A stretch of 64,000 bases of DNA from Vampirovibrio sp. (lineage in GTDB: Bacteria; Cyanobacteriota; Vampirovibrionia; Vampirovibrionales; JAJTHC01). Position numbers and translations under genes: made by a program. This document shows positions 8,342 through 18,428 of this stretch, one piece after another. The DNA is taken from NCBI GenBank assembly GCA_050916035.1, contig CP050876.1, positions 700,727 to 764,726 of the forward strand, in the 5' to 3' direction. Within the stretch, counting starts at the first letter, position 1. Each line of letters begins with the position of its first letter. The notes below the pieces were generated by a model. It was given only the letters and a program-made list of their open reading frames with translations. It did no database searches and was not told the origin of the DNA.

Positions 8342-11300
8342 TGAAATGGTTAAACGTCCCTCAACAGGTGATGGGTTTTTTATTTCAGCACCGCGTATGG
8401 ACGCTTGTCGCAGGCTTAATCTTGATGGCCTTAGGCGTTTACCATTACCTTCATTTGCCTATGGAGGCGTATCCTGATTTTACCAATCCTTTGGTGCGCG
8501 TGATTACGCTTTACCCAGGAAAAGGGGCGGAAGAAGTTGAACGTTTAATTACGATTCCCATTGAAAAAGAATTAAATGGCCTCAAACGACAAATCCAGTT
8601 GCGTTCGGTGAGTATGTTTGGCCTTTCGGTGGTGTCTGTTGTTTTTCAGGATAACACGCCGTCTTCAGTGACTCGTCAACAGGTTTTAGAGCGTATTCGC
8701 CAAGCGGATGTGCCTGCGGATGTGAAGCCCGCTTTGGATCCTGATGCCACCCCGATTGGTGAAATTTTTCGCTATACTTTAGAATCTTCGTATTATGACA
8801 AGACCTCCTTAAAAGCCTTGCAAGAATGGGAAATGGAAAAAGCCTTTCGTCAAGTGCCTGGTGTGGTGGACGTGACCAGCTTTGGGGGGCCTCGAAAAAC
8901 GTATCAAGTTCAGCTGGATTCCGCTCAGCTGAAGTCTTATGATATTTCGGTAGAAGACGTCATGGAAGCGATTGCCGAGGCCAATGGCAGTACAGGAGCC
9001 AATACCATTGATGTGAATCATCAAGCCTTTGCAGTGCGCGCTTTGGGTTTAATCAACAATATTGAAGATTTTAAACATATCGGGATTAAAACCAATGCGG
9101 AAACAGGCACGCCGATTCGCTTGGAAGACGTGGCCACCGTTAACGTCGCGCCTGCCTTACGCTTGGGCCAAGTGGGTAAAAATGCCGATGGCGATGCGGT
9201 GATGGGGATTGTCTTGATGCGACGAGGTGAAAATCCCGCCAAAGTCTTGAATACGCTCTATCAAGTCTTGCCCGATATTCGGGATAAATTGCCTAAAGGG
9301 GTGCTGATGAAGCCTCTTTATGACCGTATGGAACTGATGCGGCGGACCATGGAAACCATTGGAGAAAATGTACTTCATGGTATTGGATTGGTTTTAATTG
9401 TCTTGTTGATTTTTTTGGGAGACTGGCAAGCGGCTTTGATTTGTGCGTCGGTCATTCCTTTTTCATTATTGGTGTCTTTTAGTGGACTCACTTTTTTGGA
9501 TACGCCCGCGAATTTATTGAGCTTAGGGGCCATTGACTTTGGTATGATTGTAGACGGCACGGTGGTGATGGTGGAACATTTGGTGCATCGCTTAAGTCAA
9601 AAAGGTCGTGACTTGAGTCAAAAAGACCGTATCGCCTTGGTTCAACAATCTACGTTAGAAATGATTCGCCCGATTACGGTGGCCACTTTGGTGATTGGTT
9701 TAGGCTTTATTCCTATTTTTGGTTTTACAGGGGTGGCGGGTAAATTATTTCACCCCTTGGCCATTACCATGAATTTGGCTTTGTTTGGCGCCTTGCTCGC
9801 CAGCTTAACCTTGGTCCCGATTTTGGTATCCTTTTTTATGACGAAAAAGCCGTATAAAGAAGGACGAAATATTGTCTTAGACCTTCTAACCAAGGGCTAT
9901 AAGCGTTTACTTTTAAGCACGCTACGGTATAAAAAAATGGTGTTATGGGTGACATTGCTACTGATGTTCTTGGGCTTGGCGGTGACGACCAAGTTAGGCA
10001 GTGAATTTTTGCCTCAGTTGGATGAAGGAAATATCTGGCTGCGAGCGAATATTTTGCCCACCAGTGCGGTTTTACCCCAAGCCACGAAAACGGCGGATCA
10101 CATTAGGCGCATACTGGCCGCCTACCCTGAAGTTAAAAATATTGTGACCCAAGTGGGCTCTCCCGATGATGGGACGGATCCTAATTTACCGAGTAATATT
10201 CAGTGTTTGATTGATTTGTATCCCGCCAAGCGTTGGCGTCCTCAATGGCATGAAAATAAACAAGCCTTGGTCACGGCCATGGATCAAAGTTTGGATGAAA
10301 TTTTGGGGCTTCAAACCATGTTTTCTCAATATATTCAAGACAATGTGGATGAAGCCCTTTCAGGAGGTGCCAAAGCACAGGTGGCCTTGAAAATTTTTGG
10401 TTCTGACTTAAATACCTTACAACATGTGGCGCAAGACGTCTTGGAAGTGTTTCATCACACCAAAGGCATGACGGATGTCAGCCAAGATCGTATTTTGGGT
10501 CAACCTCAATACCGTATTGAATTGGATCGAGACGCCTTGAATCGCTATGGATTAAGTATTGATTCGGTGGAAGAAACGGTACAGATTGCCGTGGGGGGTC
10601 AAGTCATTACTCAGGTGCAAGAAGGAGAAAGGCGCTTCGACGTCGTTTTACGTTTAAATCCAGAAGACCGTTCTAGTCAACACGCCTTGCATACTTTGTT
10701 GATTCAGCTGCCTAATGGAGGGAGTATTCCGCTTCATAATGTGGCGCATATTAAAGAAGACAATGGGGCTTATTTTATTAATCGCTTTCAAAATGAACGG
10801 GTGGTGAATGTGGTGGCCAATGTCCGTGGGCGAGATTTGGGGGGCGCGGTGCAGGACGCTCAAAAACGATTTAAGCAAACGGTGACTTTACCAGAAGGTT
10901 ATCGGGTGGTGTGGGCAGGTCAGTACGACAAGCAACAAGAAGCCAATAGTAAACTCATGGTGGTGGCGCCGCTTACGTTGGTCACTATTTTTCTCTTGTT
11001 ACTCTTACTCTTTAGAAATATGGGTTTAAGTTTGATTGCGCTGTCTGCGATTCCGATTGCCTTGGTGGGTGGAATACTGAGCTTGTGGCTGACGGGGACG
11101 TATTTTTCTGTTTCGGCAGGGGTGGGCTTTTTAGCGGCTGCGGGGGTTTCGGTGCAGAATAGTATTATTTTAATTTCAGCCGTTTTACAAGCGTCTGAAA
11201 GCGTAACGCTTATGGCCATTTTTAAAGGCGCTGTGGAAAAATTACGTCCTATTTTAATGGCAGGCTTGGTGGCTATTTTGGGGCTCTTGCCCGCGGCCTT

Positions 11301-11469
11301 GTCTAATGGGATTGGGGCTCAAAGTCAAAAGCCCTTTGCCATTGCCATTATTGGCTCGCTTATTTTATCAACCGTCTTTTTGCCTTTAATTATTCCTGCT
11401 TTGCTCTTGCAATTTCGTTCTTCTCTTTCTCGTTTACCGTCCGCCAAAACAGGAGTCCCTCCACAATGA
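8341..11469 (+). CDS. CzcA/CusA-family heavy-metal efflux RND permease
   Basis: MKWLNVPQQVMGFLFQHRVWTLVAGLILMALGVYHYLHLPMEAYPDFTNPLVRVIT..., about 1040 aa with 12-TM RND architecture. I chose the ATG at 8341 (TAATG overlap with the upstream stop) rather than the ORF-track start at 8278. Confidence 0.9.
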   Translation: MKWLNVPQQVMGFLFQHRVWTLVAGLILMALGVYHYLHLPMEAYPDFTNPLVRVITLYPGKGAEEVERLITIPIEKELNGLKRQIQLRSVSMFGLSVVSVVFQDNTPSSVTRQQVLERIRQADVPADVKPALDPDATPIGEIFRYTLESSYYDKTSLKALQEWEMEKAFRQVPGVVDVTSFGGPRKTYQVQLDSAQLKSYDISVEDVMEAIAEANGSTGANTIDVNHQAFAVRALGLINNIEDFKHIGIKTNAETGTPIRLEDVATVNVAPALRLGQVGKNADGDAVMGIVLMRRGENPAKVLNTLYQVLPDIRDKLPKGVLMKPLYDRMELMRRTMETIGENVLHGIGLVLIVLLIFLGDWQAALICASVIPFSLLVSFSGLTFLDTPANLLSLGAIDFGMIVDGTVVMVEHLVHRLSQKGRDLSQKDRIALVQQSTLEMIRPITVATLVIGLGFIPIFGFTGVAGKLFHPLAITMNLALFGALLASLTLVPILVSFFMTKKPYKEGRNIVLDLLTKGYKRLLLSTLRYKKMVLWVTLLLMFLGLAVTTKLGSEFLPQLDEGNIWLRANILPTSAVLPQATKTADHIRRILAAYPEVKNIVTQVGSPDDGTDPNLPSNIQCLIDLYPAKRWRPQWHENKQALVTAMDQSLDEILGLQTMFSQYIQDNVDEALSGGAKAQVALKIFGSDLNTLQHVAQDVLEVFHHTKGMTDVSQDRILGQPQYRIELDRDALNRYGLSIDSVEETVQIAVGGQVITQVQEGERRFDVVLRLNPEDRSSQHALHTLLIQLPNGGSIPLHNVAHIKEDNGAYFINRFQNERVVNVVANVRGRDLGGAVQDAQKRFKQTVTLPEGYRVVWAGQYDKQQEANSKLMVVAPLTLVTIFLLLLLLFRNMGLSLIALSAIPIALVGGILSLWLTGTYFSVSAGVGFLAAAGVSVQNSIILISAVLQASESVTLMAIFKGAVEKLRPILMAGLVAILGLLPAALSNGIGAQSQKPFAIAIIGSLILSTVFLPLIIPALLLQFRSSLSRLPSAKTGVPPQ

Positions 11470-12725
11470 TGCCTACTTTTTCAATACGAAAGATGTTGTG
11501 TTTGACATTAGTCGCTGTATCTTTGCTGAGCTTAAGTGCTTGTGATTCTTCAGCGGTCAAACCCCCCGAAGTACTGGGGGAAGCACAAAAAGTAGAGGCT
11601 TCTACGGGAAATGAGGGAAATTTGGTGACTTTGTCTCCTCGGCAAGTGGAAAATCTGGACTTTAAAACGACTGAATCGATTGAAGGCCATACGCCTGTGT
11701 GGATGTCACTAACAGGGGTGATTCAAGCCATTCCCAATCAAACCTTACATATCGGTACACCTGTCGCAGGCCGTATTGAACGTATTTCGGTTAATTTAGA
11801 AGAACTGGTTCACCCGCAAGATACTTTGGTCACGCTGTATTCTAAAGAAATTGGAGATACACAGACGGAACTTTTAAATACCTTGCTGGATTTAGAAGCA
11901 ACCGAATTACAAGTGGAAACGGACAAACAATTTGCGACGTCTTCCTTTGAACGAGAAAAACGTTTATTTGAAGGGAAGGTTTCCGCGAAGGCCGATTATG
12001 AAATGGCTCAAACCAATTTGAAAAAAATTACGCGACAGCTTAGCTCCATTCGTCAAAAACGGCAGGCGTTGATTGAGGTGTATGATAAGCGATTACAGCT
12101 CATGGGAGCGACCTCTGGGAGTGCGTATCAAGTGGCGAGTGGTAAAACATTACAGCCGCGGGTGTATTTAAAAACCTTAAAAAGAGGGATTGTCACCACA
12201 CGAAACGCCAACCCTGGCGAATGGGTGGAAGCCAATACGGAAATTTTAACCATTGCTGATTTAAGTCAAGTGTGGGTGGTGGCCCAAGCGTTTGAAAAAG
12301 ATTTAATTCGTTTGCATGCAGGTCAAGCGGTTAAAATACAGTTAGATGGTCGCCCCAATGAGCATTTAACGGGGAAGATTACTATTATTGGCTCTGAAGT
12401 TCACCCTGATACCCGTACGGCGGATGTTCGGATTCAAGTCCAGAATGCGAAGCAGTGGCTTAAACCTAATTTATTTGCGCGTGTGAGTATTGAAGTGGGA
12501 CAACAAACGGGGATTTTGATTCCAAAAACAGCGGTGCAAACCTTTGGGGATCGAAAAGTGGTATATGTTCAGTCGAGTACTCGACAATTTAGGCAGAATA
12601 AGGTGACGGTTTTAGGGGAAGCCAGTGATCGTTTAGTGGCGGTACAGGGACTTCGTGAGCATCAAAAGGTCGTCACGGACGGCTCCTTTGCGGTTCATGG
12701 AGAGTGGCTTAAAAAGAAATACTAG
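11466..12725 (+). CDS. RND efflux periplasmic adaptor (MFP), lipoprotein
   Basis: 419-aa ORF. Lipobox LSLSAC. Coiled-coil plus barrel segments (EREKRLFEGKVSAKADYEMAQTNLKK). ATGA overlap with the RND gene stop. Confidence 0.85.
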   Translation: MMPTFSIRKMLCLTLVAVSLLSLSACDSSAVKPPEVLGEAQKVEASTGNEGNLVTLSPRQVENLDFKTTESIEGHTPVWMSLTGVIQAIPNQTLHIGTPVAGRIERISVNLEELVHPQDTLVTLYSKEIGDTQTELLNTLLDLEATELQVETDKQFATSSFEREKRLFEGKVSAKADYEMAQTNLKKITRQLSSIRQKRQALIEVYDKRLQLMGATSGSAYQVASGKTLQPRVYLKTLKRGIVTTRNANPGEWVEANTEILTIADLSQVWVVAQAFEKDLIRLHAGQAVKIQLDGRPNEHLTGKITIIGSEVHPDTRTADVRIQVQNAKQWLKPNLFARVSIEVGQQTGILIPKTAVQTFGDRKVVYVQSSTRQFRQNKVTVLGEASDRLVAVQGLREHQKVVTDGSFAVHGEWLKKKY

Positions 12726-12734
12726 GTAAATGTA

Positions 12735-13553
12735 GTGGCTTTGACCTTACCTCTGGGGATTTTTTCCCCTAGAGGCATGACGGGCTTGTCGCTTTTATTG
12801 AAGCCCGTCGATAGAGCTTTTAATGGAGGTCATGCTCACCTAATGCTTTTCTCAACAGTAGATCTATCCTTTTTTTCAAGGTCTTTGGCAAAAAAAGTCA
12901 TAGGGGGCTTTTGTCTCGTAGGCTTTTGGGGACTGATGAGTCTTGGGACACTCCATACGCAGGCGCTTGAAAAAATGCCCTCCGCCAAGGTGCCTCCCGT
13001 TAGTGAAGCTTTGATTCCTTATGCCTTTCAACAAGTGATTCAATCTCATTTGAATCCTGTCTTCCCCATGGAGTCCGTGTCGAAACCTGCTGGGGTGACC
13101 GCTTTGCCTGTTTCGACTTTGTCTCAAAAACAATATCAACAGTATGTGAAGCAATGGTCTACGTTGTGGCCGTCTTTGGATGCGTTTACCACCCTTTTTA
13201 CACAAGCGGATATGGGTAAGGATGAAATTTCAGTGCAGTATTTGTCGGCCCGTATTGCCAATATTTTACTGTTGTATCATCATCGTTTTGCGGAGGCTCC
13301 CCAAGCCTATAGCACTTTAGCGAGCTTTCGGTCTTTGTCTCGTTTGACGGAACATTTGGAAGAATTACGCTCACTGTTGCAAGTGCAAGGACGTCCCGAC
13401 ATTGTACAGCGTCCTTTTCAGAATGATTTGGATGAAGAAGCCTTGGCGTATCAACGCTATTTTGTTCAAATTCGGCAAGATTTGGCCATTCTGAATGAGT
13501 ATCGGGATTTGTCTCGTTTATTGACGACGGATTTCCGAAAAACGGATCATTAA
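12735..13553 (+). CDS. Hypothetical protein; start uncertain (alternative Met at 12843 gives a signal-like N-terminus)
   Basis: 272-aa ORF downstream of the efflux cluster with no recognisable motifs. A 10-bp hairpin (cctctgggga..tcccctagagg, about 12754-12780) lies inside the annotated 5' end, which argues for a later start. Confidence 0.45.
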   Translation: MALTLPLGIFSPRGMTGLSLLLKPVDRAFNGGHAHLMLFSTVDLSFFSRSLAKKVIGGFCLVGFWGLMSLGTLHTQALEKMPSAKVPPVSEALIPYAFQQVIQSHLNPVFPMESVSKPAGVTALPVSTLSQKQYQQYVKQWSTLWPSLDAFTTLFTQADMGKDEISVQYLSARIANILLLYHHRFAEAPQAYSTLASFRSLSRLTEHLEELRSLLQVQGRPDIVQRPFQNDLDEEALAYQRYFVQIRQDLAILNEYRDLSRLLTTDFRKTDH

Positions 13554-13584
13554 AAAAGCGGAACGTGATAAACGCTCCGCTTTG
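13552..13584. terminator. Bidirectional intrinsic terminator between convergent genes (stronger for icd on the minus strand)
   Basis: aaaaaAGCGGAacgtgataaacgcTCCGCTttg. The stem is flanked by A6 on one side (T6 on the minus strand) and TTT on the other. Confidence 0.6.
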
Positions 13585-13613
13585 AAGGACTTTAAATGAC
13601 GATCTGAAGGAGC

Positions 13614-15131
13614 CTAAGCACCTTGAACGGCCGTCCAGCCTTGTTCCCCGTCAAAGGTGCATAGGTTTTCTGTTTTAATAAAATCAAACCCTGCGGCACT
13701 GATATTATTTAAGACGGTGGTGATGTCTTGGTGCGTAATCGATTCACCGGCTTTATTTTCATAACGACAACGCCAGTGATCGGTATGGAAGGTTTCAGCA
13801 AATCCATTGGGCCACACCTTTTGACCACGATTAGAAATAATTTGCAAGGGAAGCTGAGGCAAGCCCGCCTTGGTAAGCTGAGCGGCCACTTCTTCAATGT
13901 TCGGTTCACGTAGGTGTAAGAAAATATCCACACCAACCGTTTCCTTTTTAGCAGGGACGGTGGGGGTATAGAGCTTTTTGGGCGGCCCTGTTTCTTCGAC
14001 TTTGGCTTCGTAATGAACGGCCTTTAAGGTGGCGGGTTTTTGACCCAAGCGTTCAATGACGGCTTGTGCAAATTCTTGCGTACCTACTTTTTGTTTGGAC
14101 ACCCCTTCTTTATAGATGTCATAGGTATGAATGCCGTCTTCCATCGTTTTAAGCCATGCATTGTGGAAGAGCGTGGCAATATCAGGCTGGTTGATGTGTA
14201 CCAACATTTGCACCGCGCCTAGCATTAAACCTGAAGGATTGGCCACATTCTGCCCCGCACGACGTGGTGCGGACCCGTGAATCGCTTCAAACATCGCGCA
14301 ATGTTCGCCAATGTTCGCGGAACCTGCAATACCGACAGACCCAGCAATTTGAGCCGCCACGTCAGACAAAATATCGCCATACAAGTTGGCCATGACAATC
14401 ACGTCAAAGGCTTCAGGGGTATCCGCCATTTTGGCGGCGCCAATATCGATAATCCAGAATTCATTTTCAAGTTCAGGATATTCCGTGGCCACTTCGTCAA
14501 AGACTTTGTGGAATAAGCCATCGGTAAGTTTCATGATATTGTCTTTGGCAAAACACGTGACTTTTTTACGGTTATGCTTACGGGCGTATTCAAAGGCATA
14601 ACGAACGATTTTTTCAGTCCCTGGACGAGAAATCAACTTTAGGCACTGGTAGACTTCATCCGTTTGGCGATGTTCAATCCCTGCGTAGAGATCTTCTTCG
14701 TTTTCACGAACAATGACGAGATCCATTTTAGGGTGCTTGGTGTCGACAAAAGGGGAATAGCTAACACAGGGGCGAATATTGGCGTATAGGCCCAAGGTTT
14801 TACGCGTGGTGACGTTCAAACTTTTAAAGCCACCGCCTTGAGGCGTGGTAATCGGGGCTTTTAAAAAGACTTTGGTACGGCGAAGACTTTCCCAAGACGA
14901 GGCTTCAATTCCTGTTAAATGGCCACGGCCGTAGACTTTTTCGCCAATTTCAATTTCTTCAATGTCGATTCTCGCGCCTGCGGCTTTGAGTACATCCAAG
15001 GTGGCCTGCATAATTTCAGGGCCAATGCCGTCACCACGCGCGACGGTAATGGGGACGTTAACGGGCTGAGTGGGGTTAAGCGAACACGCGGGGGACGTCG
15101 TGGCTTGAGTCATAGGGGAATTCTCCTGCAT
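13614..15131 (-). CDS. icd: NADP-type isocitrate dehydrogenase of the long (about 500 aa) form with an extra C-terminal domain
   Basis: ITVARGDGIGPEIM, NVTTRKTLGLYANIRPC, VIVRENEEDLYAG, NLYGDILSD, GSAPRRAGQNVANP. About 120 additional C-terminal residues, as in the Thermus-type enzymes I recall. Confidence 0.9.
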   Translation of the reverse strand: MQENSPMTQATTSPACSLNPTQPVNVPITVARGDGIGPEIMQATLDVLKAAGARIDIEEIEIGEKVYGRGHLTGIEASSWESLRRTKVFLKAPITTPQGGGFKSLNVTTRKTLGLYANIRPCVSYSPFVDTKHPKMDLVIVRENEEDLYAGIEHRQTDEVYQCLKLISRPGTEKIVRYAFEYARKHNRKKVTCFAKDNIMKLTDGLFHKVFDEVATEYPELENEFWIIDIGAAKMADTPEAFDVIVMANLYGDILSDVAAQIAGSVGIAGSANIGEHCAMFEAIHGSAPRRAGQNVANPSGLMLGAVQMLVHINQPDIATLFHNAWLKTMEDGIHTYDIYKEGVSKQKVGTQEFAQAVIERLGQKPATLKAVHYEAKVEETGPPKKLYTPTVPAKKETVGVDIFLHLREPNIEEVAAQLTKAGLPQLPLQIISNRGQKVWPNGFAETFHTDHWRCRYENKAGESITHQDITTVLNNISAAGFDFIKTENLCTFDGEQGWTAVQGA

Positions 15132-15235
15132 TCTGGTGTCTAATAAGTGGCATAAAAACGATTATGCAGCTTAATTAGTGTAACACGAGTTTAGGGAGAA
15201 ACAAGCCATGCATGGGCGTTTAACGGCACGCTTCT

Positions 15236-15275
15236 CAAAAAGATCCCCAGTTAGTAGGAGTCACCCACTGGGGAG
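15236..15275 (-). terminator. Intrinsic terminator downstream of the second (15313) stop of the split repeat-protein gene
   Basis: Minus strand: CCCCAGTgggtgactcctactaACTGGGGatcttttt. 7-bp GC-rich stem followed by a T-run. Confidence 0.6.
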
Positions 15276-15312
15276 TCTTTCATGTTCAGTTGTGGCCGAA
15301 CCGCGCCTATCT

Positions 15313-17776
15313 TTAGGAGCTCTTGTGGTGCTTACTTTTTCCTGTGACGTCTTGCCACCAATATCCTACGTTTCTAAACCAACTTCCCACTCCACCGCCT
15401 TCTTCACGAAACCCATAAAGACTCGCGTCTGTACTTAAATGGGGATATTCCACAGGCTTTCCAATGCTTTCTTTTGTATGGACCATGCGGGCATTGGTGA
15501 GCGATGAATCATCCTCTAATCTGATATTAGAGCCTGCACCGTCTTTCAGACGCATATTCTTCAGCATGGCGCCCTGTTCTAGAGTGACGTCTACTTTTTT
15601 TTCCGTTAATGGCGCCTTCAGATATTTGGGTATTATTCCCCATAATCCTAAGATTATCGGCCTGGATATTGACGCGAGGCTCTTTTGATGGAATCTTACC
15701 CTCCTTACGTCCTGAGATATTTAAGGATGACATTATTTCCGGATTCTTCATTGTAACGTTAGAGGCAGTAATATCACTGCCTCCTATTAGACCCACATTA
15801 TATAGTTCGATTCCCCCTTCCGTCTCAACCTTGGCTATAAGAGTAGAGTTCTGTATACGAGGGTTTCTCGTACTACCTGTTTCGATATTTACGTTGCCGT
15901 ATGTACTATTGTCTACAGTGACCTGCTGAAACGGATCGGATTTAATGGGCTTACCATTGGGGGCTATTCTTTTTTCGGGATTGGCTTTAATGTCTAAAGA
16001 AGAGCCTTTGTTTAATCCGTTTACCTTAACCTTCTCATAGCCTTCTAGCTGGTTGGAAGAAGGCATGAGCGTATAATTGGTCTGTTCAGAAGCCCCAAGC
16101 GTAATGTTTGTATCCCTGTCGGAATGGTTTCGAAGGACAGTTGTGTCGTTAAAGTTACCATTCACTATAACGTCCTCGGTGGTATTATCGTTGATGTTAA
16201 CCTTTTGTGGAAATTCCTGAGTGCCGTTATTTTGCGTCACTTGTACCTTAGGGAGCTTGTTTCCTTCAATCGTGATTGTATTATCTGTCTTTAGAAGATT
16301 ATTGTGATTAGAAGACAGGTCTGAAACATAAATACCATCATCGTTTCGGTACGTCCCATAAACTGTACTATTGGTGATGGAAACGCCGTCATTTATTCCC
16401 CCTGTGATCGCCACTCGATCCGTTTTGACATGATCCAGATCAACATGCACAGTTGGTACCTTAGAAGTTGCTACTCCTCCTCCGCGCATAGTGTGCGTGC
16501 CTGAATTGTCAACGCGGACCTCTCCTATATTTAAAAGTTTTGCGGGCACCTCTTTTCCGCCTATATTTGTGGCCGGCTTTCCCTTCGCCTCGAGCCATAG
16601 GTTCGAGTCAATACTCGTCACATCGCCTAGGGTATCTTTAGCGTTAATCTGTAGCGTGGAGTCAAGCTTACCTGTAATATCCCCTAATGCTCCTTTAGCC
16701 TTTAAGGTTGCCCCGTTAGTAGCTAGTATTTCTTTAACCGCACGGCTATAGTTCCTGTCAAAGTTGTTCGACGGAAAAGCTGTTACGTCAACCTTCGCTC
16801 CCAAGGAGGCATTAACGAATTGTATCGCGTTATCACCTTCTGCCTGAATCGTAGTATTTAGAGGGATTTTTTCCGCCTCTTTAGCAATGCCCGTCCCCAT
16901 AGAAGAAACCGTGCCAATGGCATCGGGATATAATGCTGTAACAGTATTTTCAGCGTTTGCTATAACCTTCTCAACCATGGGCTTGCCTGTATTATTGCCC
17001 CAAGCATTCACGGTGAGATGAGCATTTCTACCAAGGTCCACGGTTTCGACCTTTGATTTTGGCGCAATGCTGAGGCTTTCTTGTGCCAAGGTCACGGAGG
17101 CATTGTTTACCTTTAAATGCTCAATCTGAGTGTTGTCTATTTGTAGCAAGGGCTTTTTTTCAATGCCAGGATTAGAAATACTAACATTTTTTAATTCACT
17201 ACCACTCATGAGGGCTCCCCCCGTCCCTGGCTCATGTATTAGAGTGTCAAACATATGATAAGAAACACCCTCTGTGGGGGCTTTGCCTTCTGCATAGCGA
17301 CTCACGTCCTCTAGTGTAAGCGTGGCGTCTGGTTTTGTATGTACGGCATCAATTATTTGAAGCCCTTGTGGTGTCTTTTTTATTCTTGCATCATCTAAAA
17401 TGACGTTTTTCAATTTAATGGTCTGATCAGGAGCAAAGTCTTGTCCGCTTAAGTCCATACCACTTAAATCGAGACGAGCCTTTAACGGTTCTTTGCTATT
17501 CGTGAATTCTGTAAGCATATATCTTGTGCGAAGCTCAGGAGGCAGGCGGAGGATCTGATCTGGGGTCATGGCTCCACTCTTTAGAATGGATTCCCCTGTC
17601 TCAGGGTTAGTCGTCGCTTCATTGATGTGTTTAATCACGCCATTGAGGTCTGGATCCCATTTGGATAAATCTCCCCCTAGGCGCACCTCCTTTAACAAAT
17701 CCCCTGCGTGCCGACTGGCTTGGGTCACGGCGGGATTTACTGCTTCTTTAGTCAAATTGGCGGTGGCTTCCGCCAT
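15313..17776 (-). pseudogene. Large beta-helix / pentapeptide-like repeat protein interrupted by a +1 frameshift in an A8 tract (ORFs 15527-17776 and 15313-15567)
   Basis: The 749-aa ORF ends in an unrelated basic tail (GKKSRRHSRTGRHAEEYASERRCRL*) immediately after A8. Deleting one A reads ...AINGKK VDVTLEQGAMLKNMRLKDGAGSNIRLEDDSSLTNARMVH..., continuing into the 84-aa ORF. Repeat-like N/G/T-rich sequence throughout (LDLSGMDLSGQDF; NVSISNPGIEKK; VNNASVTLAQ). No signal peptide. Confidence 0.7.
15595..15602 (-). other. A8 homopolymer (T8 on the plus strand) at the frameshift point
   Basis: The plus strand reads ctacTTTTTTTTcc. On the minus strand gga aaa aaa a|gta gac; the extra A causes the frame change. 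Confidence 0.9.
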
Positions 17777-18074
17777 TATTTCTTCTGTTCTCTTTTTTAC
17801 AAAATTTCCTGCAAAAACTCGATTTGTTTTAAATTGAAACTCATCATTTTCTTCCTTTTTTTGGGTTTAATGGGTCGACGTGCTTGTGTGGTCTATAGCG
17901 ATGTGACGACACACACGCCACATTGATGCTATGAGGGCATAAAACCTCAAACAAAGCATAAGGGTGCGAAAGGGGGGGTGCTTTAATAAAATTGTTACAT
18001 ATTGAAATATTCATCGTGTTTTTAAGGCTTTACAGTTCGCTGTGTTCCTCGTACACTGAAGCGTAATAAGATAA

Positions 18075-18145
18075 GGCGACATGGCCAAGTGGTAAGGCAG
18101 GGGTCTGCAAAATCCTTATCCCCAGTTCGAATCTGGGTGTCGCCT
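18075..18145 (+). tRNA. tRNA-Cys (anticodon GCA)
   Basis: GGCGACA/TGTCGCC acceptor stem. Anticodon loop CTGCAAA. T-arm CCCAG-TTCGAAT-CTGGG. Discriminator U73. Hand-folded cloverleaf of 71 nt. Confidence 0.9.
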
Positions 18146-18178
18146 TTTTTTTGCCTTTTTTAAATAGGCTTTCTACTA

Positions 18179-18292
18179 ATCATACGAAAAGGCGAAGTTC
18201 TAGAGTTCTCACTTTCGTTTTGGGCTGGCGACGTCAGAGACCTTTTCGCGTAAAAAGGTCTCCAATACCTCGCATTTTTGCGTGGACGTCTC
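18179..18292 (-). repeat. Modular hairpin repeat, minimal copy E (module 1 start fused directly to the terminal hairpin plus tail)
   Basis: Reverse complement: gagacgtccacgcaaaaatgcgaggtaTTGGAGACCTTTTtacgcgAAAAGGTCTCTGACGtcgccagcccaaaacgaaagtgagaactctagaacttcgccttttcgtatgat. Aligns by eye to both ends of copies A and B. Confidence 0.8.
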
Positions 18293-18428
18293 TTGGTGTA
18301 ACGGGTTAAAGCGCTCACATTTTATCTAAAAAGCACTATAATACCGCCCTTTGCGGAGGAAACCTATAATCCAATCTATTTTTGTGCTAAAATTTTTTAC
18401 TAGAATCTACAATTGAAAAGGGTTTAGA

